Shown here one piece after another: positions 38,785 to 47,528 of a DNA stretch of 53,565 nucleotides. Position 1 is the stretch's first letter. The number at the start of each line of letters is the position of its first letter. A program made the translations under genes and the position numbers. The notes beneath the pieces are model-generated. The model made no database searches, had not been told where the DNA came from, and was given only the letters and a program-made list of their open reading frames with translations. Origin of the DNA: Limisphaerales bacterium (GTDB taxonomy: Bacteria; Verrucomicrobiota; Verrucomicrobiia; Limisphaerales; SIBE01); the NCBI GenBank assembly GCA_044225505.1, contig JBGAIN010000036.1, forward strand, positions 1-53,565, read 5' to 3'.

Positions 38785-39550
38785 TGGAAGTTCGGGCCAA
38801 ACCGAAGAGTCGCACCAGGCCGAACCGTTGGCCAACGCGGACATCTTCTTAACCACACGATGGACCGTTGTTCTGACCGCGGGCCGATCCTCAGCGCCGC
38901 AAGCCCAACGAGCCCTCGAAGAACTCTGCGCCACCTATTGGTATCCCTTATACGCCTACACCCGACGGCAAGGCCACGCCCGGGAAGACGCGGAGGATTT
39001 GGTCCAAGGCTTCTTCGCGCGCTTCCTCGAAAAGAACTTCTTGAGTGGGCTCACAGCGGAAAAGGGAAAGTTCCGCGCCTTTCTTCTCGCTTCGCTGAAG
39101 CATTTTCTGGCCAATGAACACGACCGGGCCACAAGGCAAAAGCGCGGAGGTGGCGCCTTGCATCTTTCTCTCGACTGGCAAGCCGCGGACGCTCGCTACC
39201 ACTCGGACTTTGCGGATCCGCTCGCCCCAGACAAACTCTACGACCGCGCCTGGGCCGTTACCATTCTCGAGCGCGTGGTCGCCCAATTGCGACAAGAAGC
39301 GGTCGCGGAAGGCAAACTGGACCTTTTCGAGCAACTCAAACCCTACCTTACCCTGGCCAAGGGGGAGCGGCCCTACGCTCAAACCGCCGCGACGCTCGCG
39401 CTATCCGAAGGAACGCTTCGCGTCGCGGTGCACCGGTTGCGGCGGCGCTACCGCGAAGCGTTGCGAGAAGAAATCGTGCAAACCCTGTCCCATCCCGAGC
39501 AAATTGAGGAGGAGATGAGAGCCTTACGACAGGCGTTTTCGGAGTCGTAA
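38756..39550 (+). CDS. ECF sigma factor, kinase-associated type
   Basis: FLTTRWTVV, YWYPLYAY, EDAEDLVQGFF, GKFRAFL, YDRAWA, sigma4 LSEGTLRVAVHRLRRRYR. Overlaps the kinase 3' end. Confidence 0.9.
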   Translation: MEAQTPTNDDGSSGQTEESHQAEPLANADIFLTTRWTVVLTAGRSSAPQAQRALEELCATYWYPLYAYTRRQGHAREDAEDLVQGFFARFLEKNFLSGLTAEKGKFRAFLLASLKHFLANEHDRATRQKRGGGALHLSLDWQAADARYHSDFADPLAPDKLYDRAWAVTILERVVAQLRQEAVAEGKLDLFEQLKPYLTLAKGERPYAQTAATLALSEGTLRVAVHRLRRRYREALREEIVQTLSHPEQIEEEMRALRQAFSES

Positions 39551-39629
39551 GCGCGGCTCGGTGGGAGTTTTGGGTGAATTGCAGGAGACGCAAGCCGAGT
39601 GCCGCGAGAGAGAGACCGTAGGGCACGGG

Positions 39630-39739
39630 AGGTTGAGCCGGACCAACCCGGGTGTAACGCCGCAGCAACCCCGCACCAAGGCCGCTCCGCGACCGGCCTT
39701 GCACCGGCCTTGCACCGGCCTTGCACCGGCCTTGCATCG
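39630..39739. repeat. 11-bp period tandem repeat
   Basis: Four exact ACCGGCCTTGC copies at 39692-39735. Upstream degenerate 11-mers mostly keep a terminal CCG in phase (about 10 units in total). Confidence 0.85.
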
Positions 39740-39821
39740 AATGGTCCCGCGGTCGTCTGGCTTCGTGCCAAAAAGCCAGAAGATTCTATTGCGCAACCTT
39801 TTACGAAATGTTGCACACTTT

Positions 39822-39838
39822 GGGAACGAATTGTTCCC
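39822..39838. repeat. Near-perfect 17-bp palindrome related to the one at 34926
   Basis: GGGAACGA-A-TTGTTCCC; 12 of 17 positions identical to GGTGACAAATTGTCACC. Confidence 0.7.
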
Positions 39839-39954
39839 GTTTGCAGTTCAATCCCCTCCATATTCCTATTCATCAACACCGTCACTTTCGTCGTACCCAA
39901 TCGGGCCTGGGACGCATCGCTGGCCGGCGGACTCAGAGGTTCACATCGGGTGTC

Positions 39955-40704
39955 TTAGCGGCTGGTTGTTCCCGAGCCGGAGCCCGGAGTGGGTATCAGA
40001 TGTTCCGCTTCCCAGGTCTTGAAATCGTCGTCCGACTCCACAATTCGAGCGGAACCATCGGCCATGCCGTAGACTCGGGCACTCTTGCCGCTGGGAGCCA
40101 GCCAGGTCTGGCGATCGCGCAGGAGGGCGATTGCCGAGCCTGGGACTTTGGCCAGCGCGTCGTTTGATCCTTGGTAGACCACTTCGAATTGGTTGGTTCC
40201 GCTTAGCGAAACCTTCTCGGCCTCAAGGTAGGGAGCAAGCTGCTCGATCTTCTGCGGAAACTGACCTCCATGCTCCGAAGCGAACTGACGCAGCGCCAAG
40301 TTGAGCTGCAGCGTTTCGCTGCATTTGTTTCCCGCTCTCTGGTGCAGTTTTTCGTAATACTCGGGCGGACGGGGGGTCTGAGGCGCCGCACTCGCCGGAC
40401 GTTTGGGTTCGGAATTCTTAGCCAGGCGAGCACGATCTTGCTGCTCTTTCTGGAGGGCTTCCTTCTGCTGGCGCAACCGGTTGACCTCGCCCTGCGCCTG
40501 TTCGATCTGGTTTTGCGGGGCTAAGCTCGGGCGATTGCTCAAATCCTCCCGCGTTCGGCGCAACTGATCCAGTTCATGTTTCTGATTCGCCAGGAGAGCC
40601 TCATTCGCTTGGAATTTCGTCTCCACCTGGCGGTGTAGAATCCAGGCCAGGCCGAGTCCTCCACCGACCACGGCCACCAAAACAATGACGAGCCATTTAT
40701 TCAT
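39955..40704 (-). CDS. Hypothetical membrane-anchored coiled-coil protein with pilin/DUF1559-like C-terminal domain
   Basis: GAGGAG RBS and ATG 40704; N-terminal TM; Q/E-rich coiled coil; LQLNLALRQFASEHGGQFP...LAPYL; YGMADGSA. Confidence 0.75.
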   Translation of the reverse strand: MNKWLVIVLVAVVGGGLGLAWILHRQVETKFQANEALLANQKHELDQLRRTREDLSNRPSLAPQNQIEQAQGEVNRLRQQKEALQKEQQDRARLAKNSEPKRPASAAPQTPRPPEYYEKLHQRAGNKCSETLQLNLALRQFASEHGGQFPQKIEQLAPYLEAEKVSLSGTNQFEVVYQGSNDALAKVPGSAIALLRDRQTWLAPSGKSARVYGMADGSARIVESDDDFKTWEAEHLIPTPGSGSGTTSR

Positions 40705-40795
40705 AATTTCATCTCCTCGCGCTCCGTTAATGTTCTTTGAATTCACGATTGGGAATTGAGACGGCGCAGAAATTATTCCGCAGAAACCGCACTTA

Positions 40796-40869
40796 GCCGA
40801 CTGCACCTCGTAAAATCGGCAGCCTACCCTCCGCACGCCCGTCCCTGCGGGCTGGAAGTCCGCGCTCCC
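40796..40869. repeat. REP-like short palindromic elements
   Basis: GCGGGCTGGAAGTCCGCGCTCCC hairpin (40847-40869) and GCCGA...AATCGGCAGCCTAC (GTAG end on the minus strand). Single occurrence in the window. Confidence 0.4.
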
Positions 40870-40958
40870 ATAAAGTCACTGGAACTTGGACGACAGACGG
40901 CCTTGCGATTACCTGTTTGTTGAGTCAGCGTCATCCAAGGAGCCTTCCTCCCAACCTC

Positions 40959-42461
40959 TTATGGAACTTGCGCCCAACGGTTGGTGACTCGACAATCCGC
41001 GGTCGCCCCTTGCTGGAGCCCATAGGCGAATCGGGTGTCCCAAGCTGGGTCGACCGATTGCTTTTGGGTGATGACCCACTCTTCGCCTGTTTGTAGCTCC
41101 GAGATCAGGTCACGGGATCGAATAAACGTGTAACGCTCGAGCATCGTCTCATCGATCGGCGTCGACAGGTAAGGCAGCAGGTCCTTGAGCGTGGACGGCT
41201 GTTCCCCGCGTTTCGCGCGGGTGAACGCTCGCCAGGCCTCACTTAAACGCCCTAAGACCCGGATCTCCGCGTTGGCCCTCACGTTGCTCATGGCTCGGCG
41301 ATATTCCTCCTCGGAATCCAGGGTCATGGGATAAACGGCATTGACCCACTCGCTCTCGTCCACCAGCGCCAATTCCGGGATTTTACCGGCGGGATTCTGG
41401 TCGAGCCACTGTTTGAGTTGGTGAGCCCGCCCAGTCCACTCCTGTTCCAATTGCGTTAAGAGATCCGTGCCCGACGCTGGCTGCCCCCCTGTTCCTGGAT
41501 CGGTCTCCGCCTCGCGGCGCAGGCGTCCGATTTCACCCCGCAGCATGAGTAACTCACGAAACAGGTCCTTGGGCAGGAGCGTCGTGCTCTCCGCCGTCCC
41601 CGTCCGGTTGGAAAGGCGAGATATTTCACTCTGCAAGGCTGCGATTTCCTCAGATCCGGAACGGATGCGAGCTTCCTGTTGCTGAAGACGAGTCTGGGCC
41701 TCGCGCAAGACCAGGACCGGCGCGACGACACTCGCGACCGTCAAGACCCCCGTGACCACCAGTTTGAATTTCATAGCTATCCCCAGTTGAAAGAGGGCTG
41801 CGAGAGACCCGGTTTGAGCCACGGCAGCCAGCGACGCGGCCGAAACGGAAACCGCCAGGCCAGCGGGTGCCGCCGTCGCTGCCGTCGCCGTCAGCGCCGC
41901 CGTTAAGCCGGCCGCGGTTGTGGTCACGCCGAGACGGCGCAGGACCGTTCGCAGCTTCTCGACGGCGCGCACAACTCGTTTCTGTGCCGCATCTTCGCTA
42001 ATTCCCAGCGTAGCCCCGACCGAGGCAAGGTCCTCGCGTTTAAGAAAGCGCAAGACCAGGACCTCGCGGTCGGACGGACGCAGGCGTTGGAGGCCCGCAT
42101 CCAAATGACCGGCGAGCGGCTGCAAATCTGGTTCCGAGGGTTCATCCGCGGCAGTCATAGCGACAGCAAGTTGTTCTCGAGCTTTACGGCGTCGTTCCGA
42201 GCGAACGGCCTTGGCCGCTGTGTAACAGGTATGCCGATAAAGCCATCCAGCCAGGACTATGTCTTCCGGAAGACCGGCCGCTTTGCGCGCCAGGTCCGTA
42301 AAGACAACTTGAGCCACGTCCTGGGCTAAAGATCGATCCCCGCCAACCACACGCAGCCCGGCATTGAAAACGAGGTCGATATGCTTGGCCACCAACTCGG
42401 CAAAGGCGGATTCCGACCGGTCTTGTTGGAATTGGCGAAGGAGTTGACTGTCCGTAGACAT
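40959..42461 (-). CDS. ECF sigma factor with long C-terminal extension (Ala-rich linker, TM, coiled coil, ectodomain)
   Basis: DSQLLRQF..SESAFAELV, LAQDVAQVVF, LAGWLY, DREVLVLRF, LGISEDAAQKRVVRAVEKLR. ATG at 42461. Confidence 0.9.
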   Translation of the reverse strand: MSTDSQLLRQFQQDRSESAFAELVAKHIDLVFNAGLRVVGGDRSLAQDVAQVVFTDLARKAAGLPEDIVLAGWLYRHTCYTAAKAVRSERRRKAREQLAVAMTAADEPSEPDLQPLAGHLDAGLQRLRPSDREVLVLRFLKREDLASVGATLGISEDAAQKRVVRAVEKLRTVLRRLGVTTTAAGLTAALTATAATAAPAGLAVSVSAASLAAVAQTGSLAALFQLGIAMKFKLVVTGVLTVASVVAPVLVLREAQTRLQQQEARIRSGSEEIAALQSEISRLSNRTGTAESTTLLPKDLFRELLMLRGEIGRLRREAETDPGTGGQPASGTDLLTQLEQEWTGRAHQLKQWLDQNPAGKIPELALVDESEWVNAVYPMTLDSEEEYRRAMSNVRANAEIRVLGRLSEAWRAFTRAKRGEQPSTLKDLLPYLSTPIDETMLERYTFIRSRDLISELQTGEEWVITQKQSVDPAWDTRFAYGLQQGATADCRVTNRWAQVP

Positions 42462-42489
42462 TAGGTTTCGGAGCGATATTCTACTTTCC

Positions 42490-42516
42490 AGAACCCGCCG
42501 AAAGTGAAATCCGACA
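42490..42516 (-). promoter_or_regulatory. Candidate autoregulatory ECF promoter
   Basis: Minus strand TGTCGG-N16-GTTCT, preceded by a T-rich tract, about 30 bp upstream of the ECF start. Confidence 0.35.
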
Positions 42517-42616
42517 GGAAAAAACAAGAAAATGAAGCTTCGAACGGGTTCGTCGACGACGAGGCGGCTCCTCAATCCGGTTGACTTTCACGCAGCTGAC
42601 AATTAACCACAACGCG

Positions 42617-43465
42617 ATGTTATCAGCGATTCCCTTTCGTGGATTGGTGGAGTTTACGGCCGGATTTAGCCCCCGGCCACAGACGAGTCACGTCTTGTTT
42701 GACTTTGACGGAACCCTGTCGCTCATCCGGCAAGGGTGGCCCGACGTCATGGTGCCGATGTTTGTGGAAATGTTGCCGCGACTGCCGGGAGAAACGGACG
42801 AACAGTGCCAGCGCCTCTGCTTTGAGGATATCATGCGCCTTAATGGCAAACAGACGATTTATCAGATGATTCAGTTTGCCGAACGAGTCAAAGAACGCGG
42901 CGGCACACCGCAAGAGCCTCTCTGGTATAAGAACGAGTATCTGCGACGCCTCGATGAACGAATCCGCTGGCGCCTGGAAGGTTTGACGAGTGGCAAGATC
43001 GCCAAAGATGACTTACTCGTTTATGGGACGCGCAACCTTCTGGAAAATCTCAAGCGCCGTAAAGTCGCTCTCTACCTGGCCAGCGGCACGGACGAACCCT
43101 TCGTCAAACGCGAAGCGGAACTGCTCGACGTCGCCAAATACTTCGGCCCGCACATTTATGGAGCGAAGGACGATTACAAAACATTTTCCAAGAAGATGGT
43201 GATTGATCGTATTTTGAAGGAGAACGCCATTTCCGGAAGTCAACTCCTCGCGTTTGGCGATGGCTATGTCGAAATCCAGAACACCAAGGAAGTGGGCGGC
43301 CTGGCCGTGGCCGTGGCCAGCGACGAAGCTCACAATGGCTCCGGTCAAATGGATGAATGGAAGCGAACCAGGCTGCTCGGAGTCGGTGCCGATGTCGTCA
43401 TTCCGGACTTCCGCGATATCGACGCTCTGCTCCAACGCGTTTTCGAACCGACCTCCAAACCGTGA
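42617..43465 (+). CDS. HAD-superfamily phosphatase
   Basis: Motif I FDFDGTL, motif II ASGT, motif III SKK, motif IV FGDGYVE. Confidence 0.9.
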   Translation: MLSAIPFRGLVEFTAGFSPRPQTSHVLFDFDGTLSLIRQGWPDVMVPMFVEMLPRLPGETDEQCQRLCFEDIMRLNGKQTIYQMIQFAERVKERGGTPQEPLWYKNEYLRRLDERIRWRLEGLTSGKIAKDDLLVYGTRNLLENLKRRKVALYLASGTDEPFVKREAELLDVAKYFGPHIYGAKDDYKTFSKKMVIDRILKENAISGSQLLAFGDGYVEIQNTKEVGGLAVAVASDEAHNGSGQMDEWKRTRLLGVGADVVIPDFRDIDALLQRVFEPTSKP

Positions 43466-44598
43466 GCAAGACCCCGACTCAGTCCGCACCAGGTCGGCTG
43501 GACCTCTCTCGCGTCAAGGTCTTACCTCTTGCCCAACGCCGCAGTCTAACTCGAGTGGAGGAGATTCTGGTGGCTCCGGATGCCCCAGGCGGTCCGTGCC
43601 CAACTCCCGTCCAAGCGACGCTTGCGGAGTGCAGCCAAAGAATCGTCGAAGCCCGGGCCCGTGGAGCTGCGGTGATGTTGATCTACGGCGCTCACCTGTT
43701 GCGAAACGGTGCGGCCTTAATCCTTGAGCGCATGATGGCGCAAGGCTGGATCACGCATTTGGCCACGAACGGGGCCGGTTCGATTCACGATTGGGAATAT
43801 GCCTTCCTCGGACGTTCCACCGAGAGTGTTGAAGAGAACGTTAAGGCTGGCACATTTGGCACGTGGGACGAGACCGGACGCAATCTTCACTTGGCCCTTC
43901 TGGCAGGCGGAATTGAGGATGAAGGGTACGGACACGCGGTGGGGCGTTTCATCGCCGAGGATGGAGTCACCTTGCCGTCGGCGCAGGAACTGGAAAACCA
44001 AATCCGCACCGACCCAACCCACGCTCGAACCGCGGCTCGGGCAGATTTACTGGAAGCCTCGCGCGGGCATAAGCTACCAAGTGGCCGGATCGAGGTGACC
44101 CATCCCTGGAAGCAGGCATCGATCTTCGCCCAGGCTTTTCGTCACGGCGTTCCACTGACCGTTCATCCGGGGATCGGCTATGATATTATCTCAACCCATC
44201 CGATGTTTCATGGAGCAGCGATCGGCCGCGCCGCGGCGCTCGATTTCCGCCAGTTTGCCGGGGCAGTAGAACAATTGGACGGCGGAGTGGTTCTGTCCGT
44301 TGGATCGGCGATCATGGGTCCTCAGGTGTTTGAGAAGAGCTTGAGCTGCGTGAATAACCTGCGGCTTCAAACGGGACGCTCAATCGTCACAGGGCATACC
44401 ATTTACGTGGTCGACTTACAAGATGGAGGCAATTGGGACTGGACGAAAGGCGAACCGCCCAAGACCAACGCGGCTTATTATTTGCGTTTCTGCAAGAGTT
44501 ATTCCCGAATGGGCGGTGCCATGCAGTACTGCCAATGTGATAATCTACGATTTGTCCACAACCTGTACCATGCGCTGGTTCAGAAAACTTCGCGTTAA
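43462..44598 (+). CDS. Conserved hypothetical protein, deoxyhypusine synthase (DHS)-like fold suspected
   Basis: GTG start in a GTGA overlap with the HAD stop; YGAHLLRNG, THLATNGAGSIHDWE, TVHPGIGYDI, VGSAIMGPQVFEKS. Confidence 0.6.
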   Translation: MSKTPTQSAPGRLDLSRVKVLPLAQRRSLTRVEEILVAPDAPGGPCPTPVQATLAECSQRIVEARARGAAVMLIYGAHLLRNGAALILERMMAQGWITHLATNGAGSIHDWEYAFLGRSTESVEENVKAGTFGTWDETGRNLHLALLAGGIEDEGYGHAVGRFIAEDGVTLPSAQELENQIRTDPTHARTAARADLLEASRGHKLPSGRIEVTHPWKQASIFAQAFRHGVPLTVHPGIGYDIISTHPMFHGAAIGRAAALDFRQFAGAVEQLDGGVVLSVGSAIMGPQVFEKSLSCVNNLRLQTGRSIVTGHTIYVVDLQDGGNWDWTKGEPPKTNAAYYLRFCKSYSRMGGAMQYCQCDNLRFVHNLYHALVQKTSR

Positions 44599-44648
44599 CG
44601 CGAACTTCACTATTGGCAGCGCGCCTTGTTCAGAATAGGACTTCCGCA

Positions 44649-45680
44649 ATGACCCCAGAACGTATTGATTCCGTCACGCAGCGCTACGCTTCCCTGCGCA
44701 TCGCGATCATCGGCGACTTTTGCCTCGACCGCTACTTGGAGATCGATCCGGCGCGGAACGAGATTTCGATCGAAACCGGGCTGCCAGTTTACAACGTCAC
44801 CAACGTCCGCAGCCAACCGGGAGCAGCGGGGACGATTCTAAACAATCTGGTCGCACTTGGGATCGGCGACATTTTCCCCGTGGGCTTTGCCGGTGAGGAT
44901 GGAGAAGGATTCGAACTTCTACGCAGCCTTGGAGCCAAACCTGGTGTCCGCCTCGATTACTTTCTGCAAACCAATCTGCGACGCACCTTTACCTACACGA
45001 AGCCTTTGGTCCTGGAGCCTGGAAAGATCCCGGTCGAACTGAATCGCCTTGATTTCAAGAACTGGTCCCCCACCCCGGCAAAACTGCGGGAACAGATCCA
45101 ACGTGCCGTGGCCGCCCTGGTGGGAAAGGTGGATGCCTGCATCGTTTTGGATCAAGTCGACCTGGCGGAGACGGGCGTTGTCACCAGCGATGTCCTAGAG
45201 ACCATCGACGGGGTTCTCGCCAAACAAGCCAATCTCTTTATCATTGCGGACAGCCGGCGCAGCTTGAAAGGTTTTCCCCCGCTGGCTTTCAAGATGAACA
45301 AAGCCGAATTCAGGGCGTTCAGCGGCACGGACCGAGACACCGAGCTCGACACGATCCAGACGACGGCCCTAGAGCTCGCCAAACAGCACCGACGCCACGT
45401 TTTCATCACTATGTCGGAACAAGGGATCTTGGGCGCTTCTCCGACGGGCGAGGTTGCCTATCGTCCGTCTTTGCCGCTTCGCGGGGAAATCGACATTGTG
45501 GGCGCCGGAGACGCTGTAACCGCGAACCTGACGGCAGCTCTTAGCGCCGGGGCCAGCCTGGGCGAGGCGTTGGAATTGGCCATGCTTGCAGCATCGATTG
45601 TGGTGCATCAATTGGGCACGACTGGAACTGCATCCGTTCCGCAATTGAAGGAACTGCATCACGCGGCTGGGCGGAGCTAA
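44649..45680 (+). CDS. PfkB-family sugar kinase resembling the HldE/RfaE kinase domain
   Basis: IIGDFCLDRYL, ISIETGLPV, PGAAG, DIVGAGD, ASIVVHQLGT. No nucleotidyltransferase domain. Confidence 0.88.
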   Translation: MTPERIDSVTQRYASLRIAIIGDFCLDRYLEIDPARNEISIETGLPVYNVTNVRSQPGAAGTILNNLVALGIGDIFPVGFAGEDGEGFELLRSLGAKPGVRLDYFLQTNLRRTFTYTKPLVLEPGKIPVELNRLDFKNWSPTPAKLREQIQRAVAALVGKVDACIVLDQVDLAETGVVTSDVLETIDGVLAKQANLFIIADSRRSLKGFPPLAFKMNKAEFRAFSGTDRDTELDTIQTTALELAKQHRRHVFITMSEQGILGASPTGEVAYRPSLPLRGEIDIVGAGDAVTANLTAALSAGASLGEALELAMLAASIVVHQLGTTGTASVPQLKELHHAAGRS

Positions 45681-45758
45681 TTGCGGCCGGTGCTGTCGAT
45701 ACGCTGGCAAGCGCCGTCCCGTTGGGCGAAGCGCCTCACGTATTCTCCAGGCAAGGCA

Positions 45759-47510
45759 TCATGGCCCGGGAACCATCTTCTTCGCCCAATCGTCCAGAGT
45801 TCTGCTTTCGCTAATGTTGGAAATCTTGGCTGCTCGGGCGATAGCGAGGAAGCGCTGAATGAGCGCCTGGCGGGGCTCGCCGGCGATACGATCGGTCGCG
45901 ATCTTGACATACCAGACGGGCAGGCGCGCCACAGCCACCCGCGCCCGGGCATCGGCGCTGTCTGCCGCCCGCTCAGCAGCGTCAAGAAGCTGTTCGGCTT
46001 CCTGTAGAAACGCATCGTTCAGGTAACAGACAGTCGGCTTATCAAAGATATGGGCATGACAGTCTTTGCCCCGAACCTGCGCCATGGCCAACTCGAGATA
46101 CGCCTGAATCTGGGAGGCGGCGCCGCTGAAGTAAGCCTGGCAAAACTCCCCGATGTGCCGGGTCACATCCGTGTTTGGATCCCACAGTAATTTGGCGAGC
46201 ACATAAGCGCGGAGCGGCCCCATCTCACCCTGGCCGCCGGCCGAGTAATTACCCTGCTCGAACAAGCTCTTCACCCCGTGCTCGGCAAAGAACCGAACGT
46301 TTGCCTGCAATGAATCGAAGTTGGGAAACGGTTGGAGATAATGACCGAAGTTTGGCGTGTAATCCCACACGTAGAGGAGCGGAGCGACCGGTTGCCACGC
46401 GATAATGTCGTCGCGGAAGCGCCGGTTAGCCTCCGACGAACAGGACTCCAATGGATGAGCAAAGCAACATTCGATGGAACAAAGACGAATGATGACATTG
46501 CGATGCGGGCGAATCGTCTTCGGCGGCTTACGCGTGTATTGGTAGGCAAGAGTATCCAAGCGGATATGAGGCGACTCTTTCTCAATCGCCGCTGCGATGG
46601 CGTTGACGAATTGCAGAAGCGAACCCGCGGGTGATCCCTCCGCGTCATCGATCGCTTTGCACTGGGCGCACTGGCAATTGTTGATCGTATCGTTCTGGGA
46701 GACACTAATAATGCTGGCTTCGGGATGCTCCTTGATCCATTGGCGGACATTCTTAATGGCCAAAACCAAGACATCGGGGTTGGACAAACACCGCTGCACA
46801 TAACCGTCTTTACGCTGACCTTTAATTTCCGGGAAGTATTCTGGATGGTCTTTGAAAAGTTCGCGCGGAATGAGCAGATCAAAACTATGCACGAACGGAA
46901 AATAGGTCGTGAACGCGCCGCCGTGCCGTTCTTGCAGTCCGTAGTGTTTCCCGTTGACACGATGCTTCGCCGCAAAATTGGCGTCCCGCATCATCTCCCT
47001 CCAAAAGACGTCCCGATTCTCCAACGCTGGCACTCGCGTCTGATTCAGCGCGGCAATACGGACTTGGTCTTGCTTGGGCACCACCTCGAGTTCAGGCGTG
47101 AACCAGCGCACTCTCAACACATCTTCAAGGAAAGTGTAAACCCCGTTCAAGCTGCCCCGCGGACGCCCTCCGCAAATCAACAATTGGTCCGTTGAAGAAC
47201 GCAGGATGAAACCGTCTGGTCCGAGCCGTCTCACCTCATCGTCCGAGCGCAACGCTTGGGCGTGCTGATTGTCTCCCACGATGATTTCCTTGGGCTGCGC
47301 CTGTTCCGTATCCGTCACGAGAGGGAGTTTGGCACCGCTGATGCCTTCAAGATATCGCTGCAACTCTTCTGCGGCGTAGCGTTCAGACGGGATCGCCGTC
47401 GCTGAAACAACGATCCGATAGTCGCTCCGCCCATGGGCAGCGAGGGTCAGGTCCGCGCGCGTTGCGGAGACGTTCAGCGCCAAGAGCAGTGGAAGAATTG
47501 CGAGTTTCAT
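45759..47510 (-). CDS. DUF4838 family secreted protein with N-terminal GH20/GH67-like zincin domain
   Basis: Signal peptide; AAEELQRYL..ISGAKLP, GSLNGVYTFLE..VRWFTP, CLSNPDV, SVSQND..CQC..C, TLAYQYT, YVLAKLLWDP. Confidence 0.85.
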   Translation of the reverse strand: MKLAILPLLLALNVSATRADLTLAAHGRSDYRIVVSATAIPSERYAAEELQRYLEGISGAKLPLVTDTEQAQPKEIIVGDNQHAQALRSDDEVRRLGPDGFILRSSTDQLLICGGRPRGSLNGVYTFLEDVLRVRWFTPELEVVPKQDQVRIAALNQTRVPALENRDVFWREMMRDANFAAKHRVNGKHYGLQERHGGAFTTYFPFVHSFDLLIPRELFKDHPEYFPEIKGQRKDGYVQRCLSNPDVLVLAIKNVRQWIKEHPEASIISVSQNDTINNCQCAQCKAIDDAEGSPAGSLLQFVNAIAAAIEKESPHIRLDTLAYQYTRKPPKTIRPHRNVIIRLCSIECCFAHPLESCSSEANRRFRDDIIAWQPVAPLLYVWDYTPNFGHYLQPFPNFDSLQANVRFFAEHGVKSLFEQGNYSAGGQGEMGPLRAYVLAKLLWDPNTDVTRHIGEFCQAYFSGAASQIQAYLELAMAQVRGKDCHAHIFDKPTVCYLNDAFLQEAEQLLDAAERAADSADARARVAVARLPVWYVKIATDRIAGEPRQALIQRFLAIARAAKISNISESRTLDDWAKKMVPGP

Positions 47511-47528
47511 AGGTTGATAGTATCGGCG

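Noticed and set aside
39692..39735. Tandem repeat as a CRISPR array
   Set aside because: The units are 11 bp with no spacers, and there are no cas genes.
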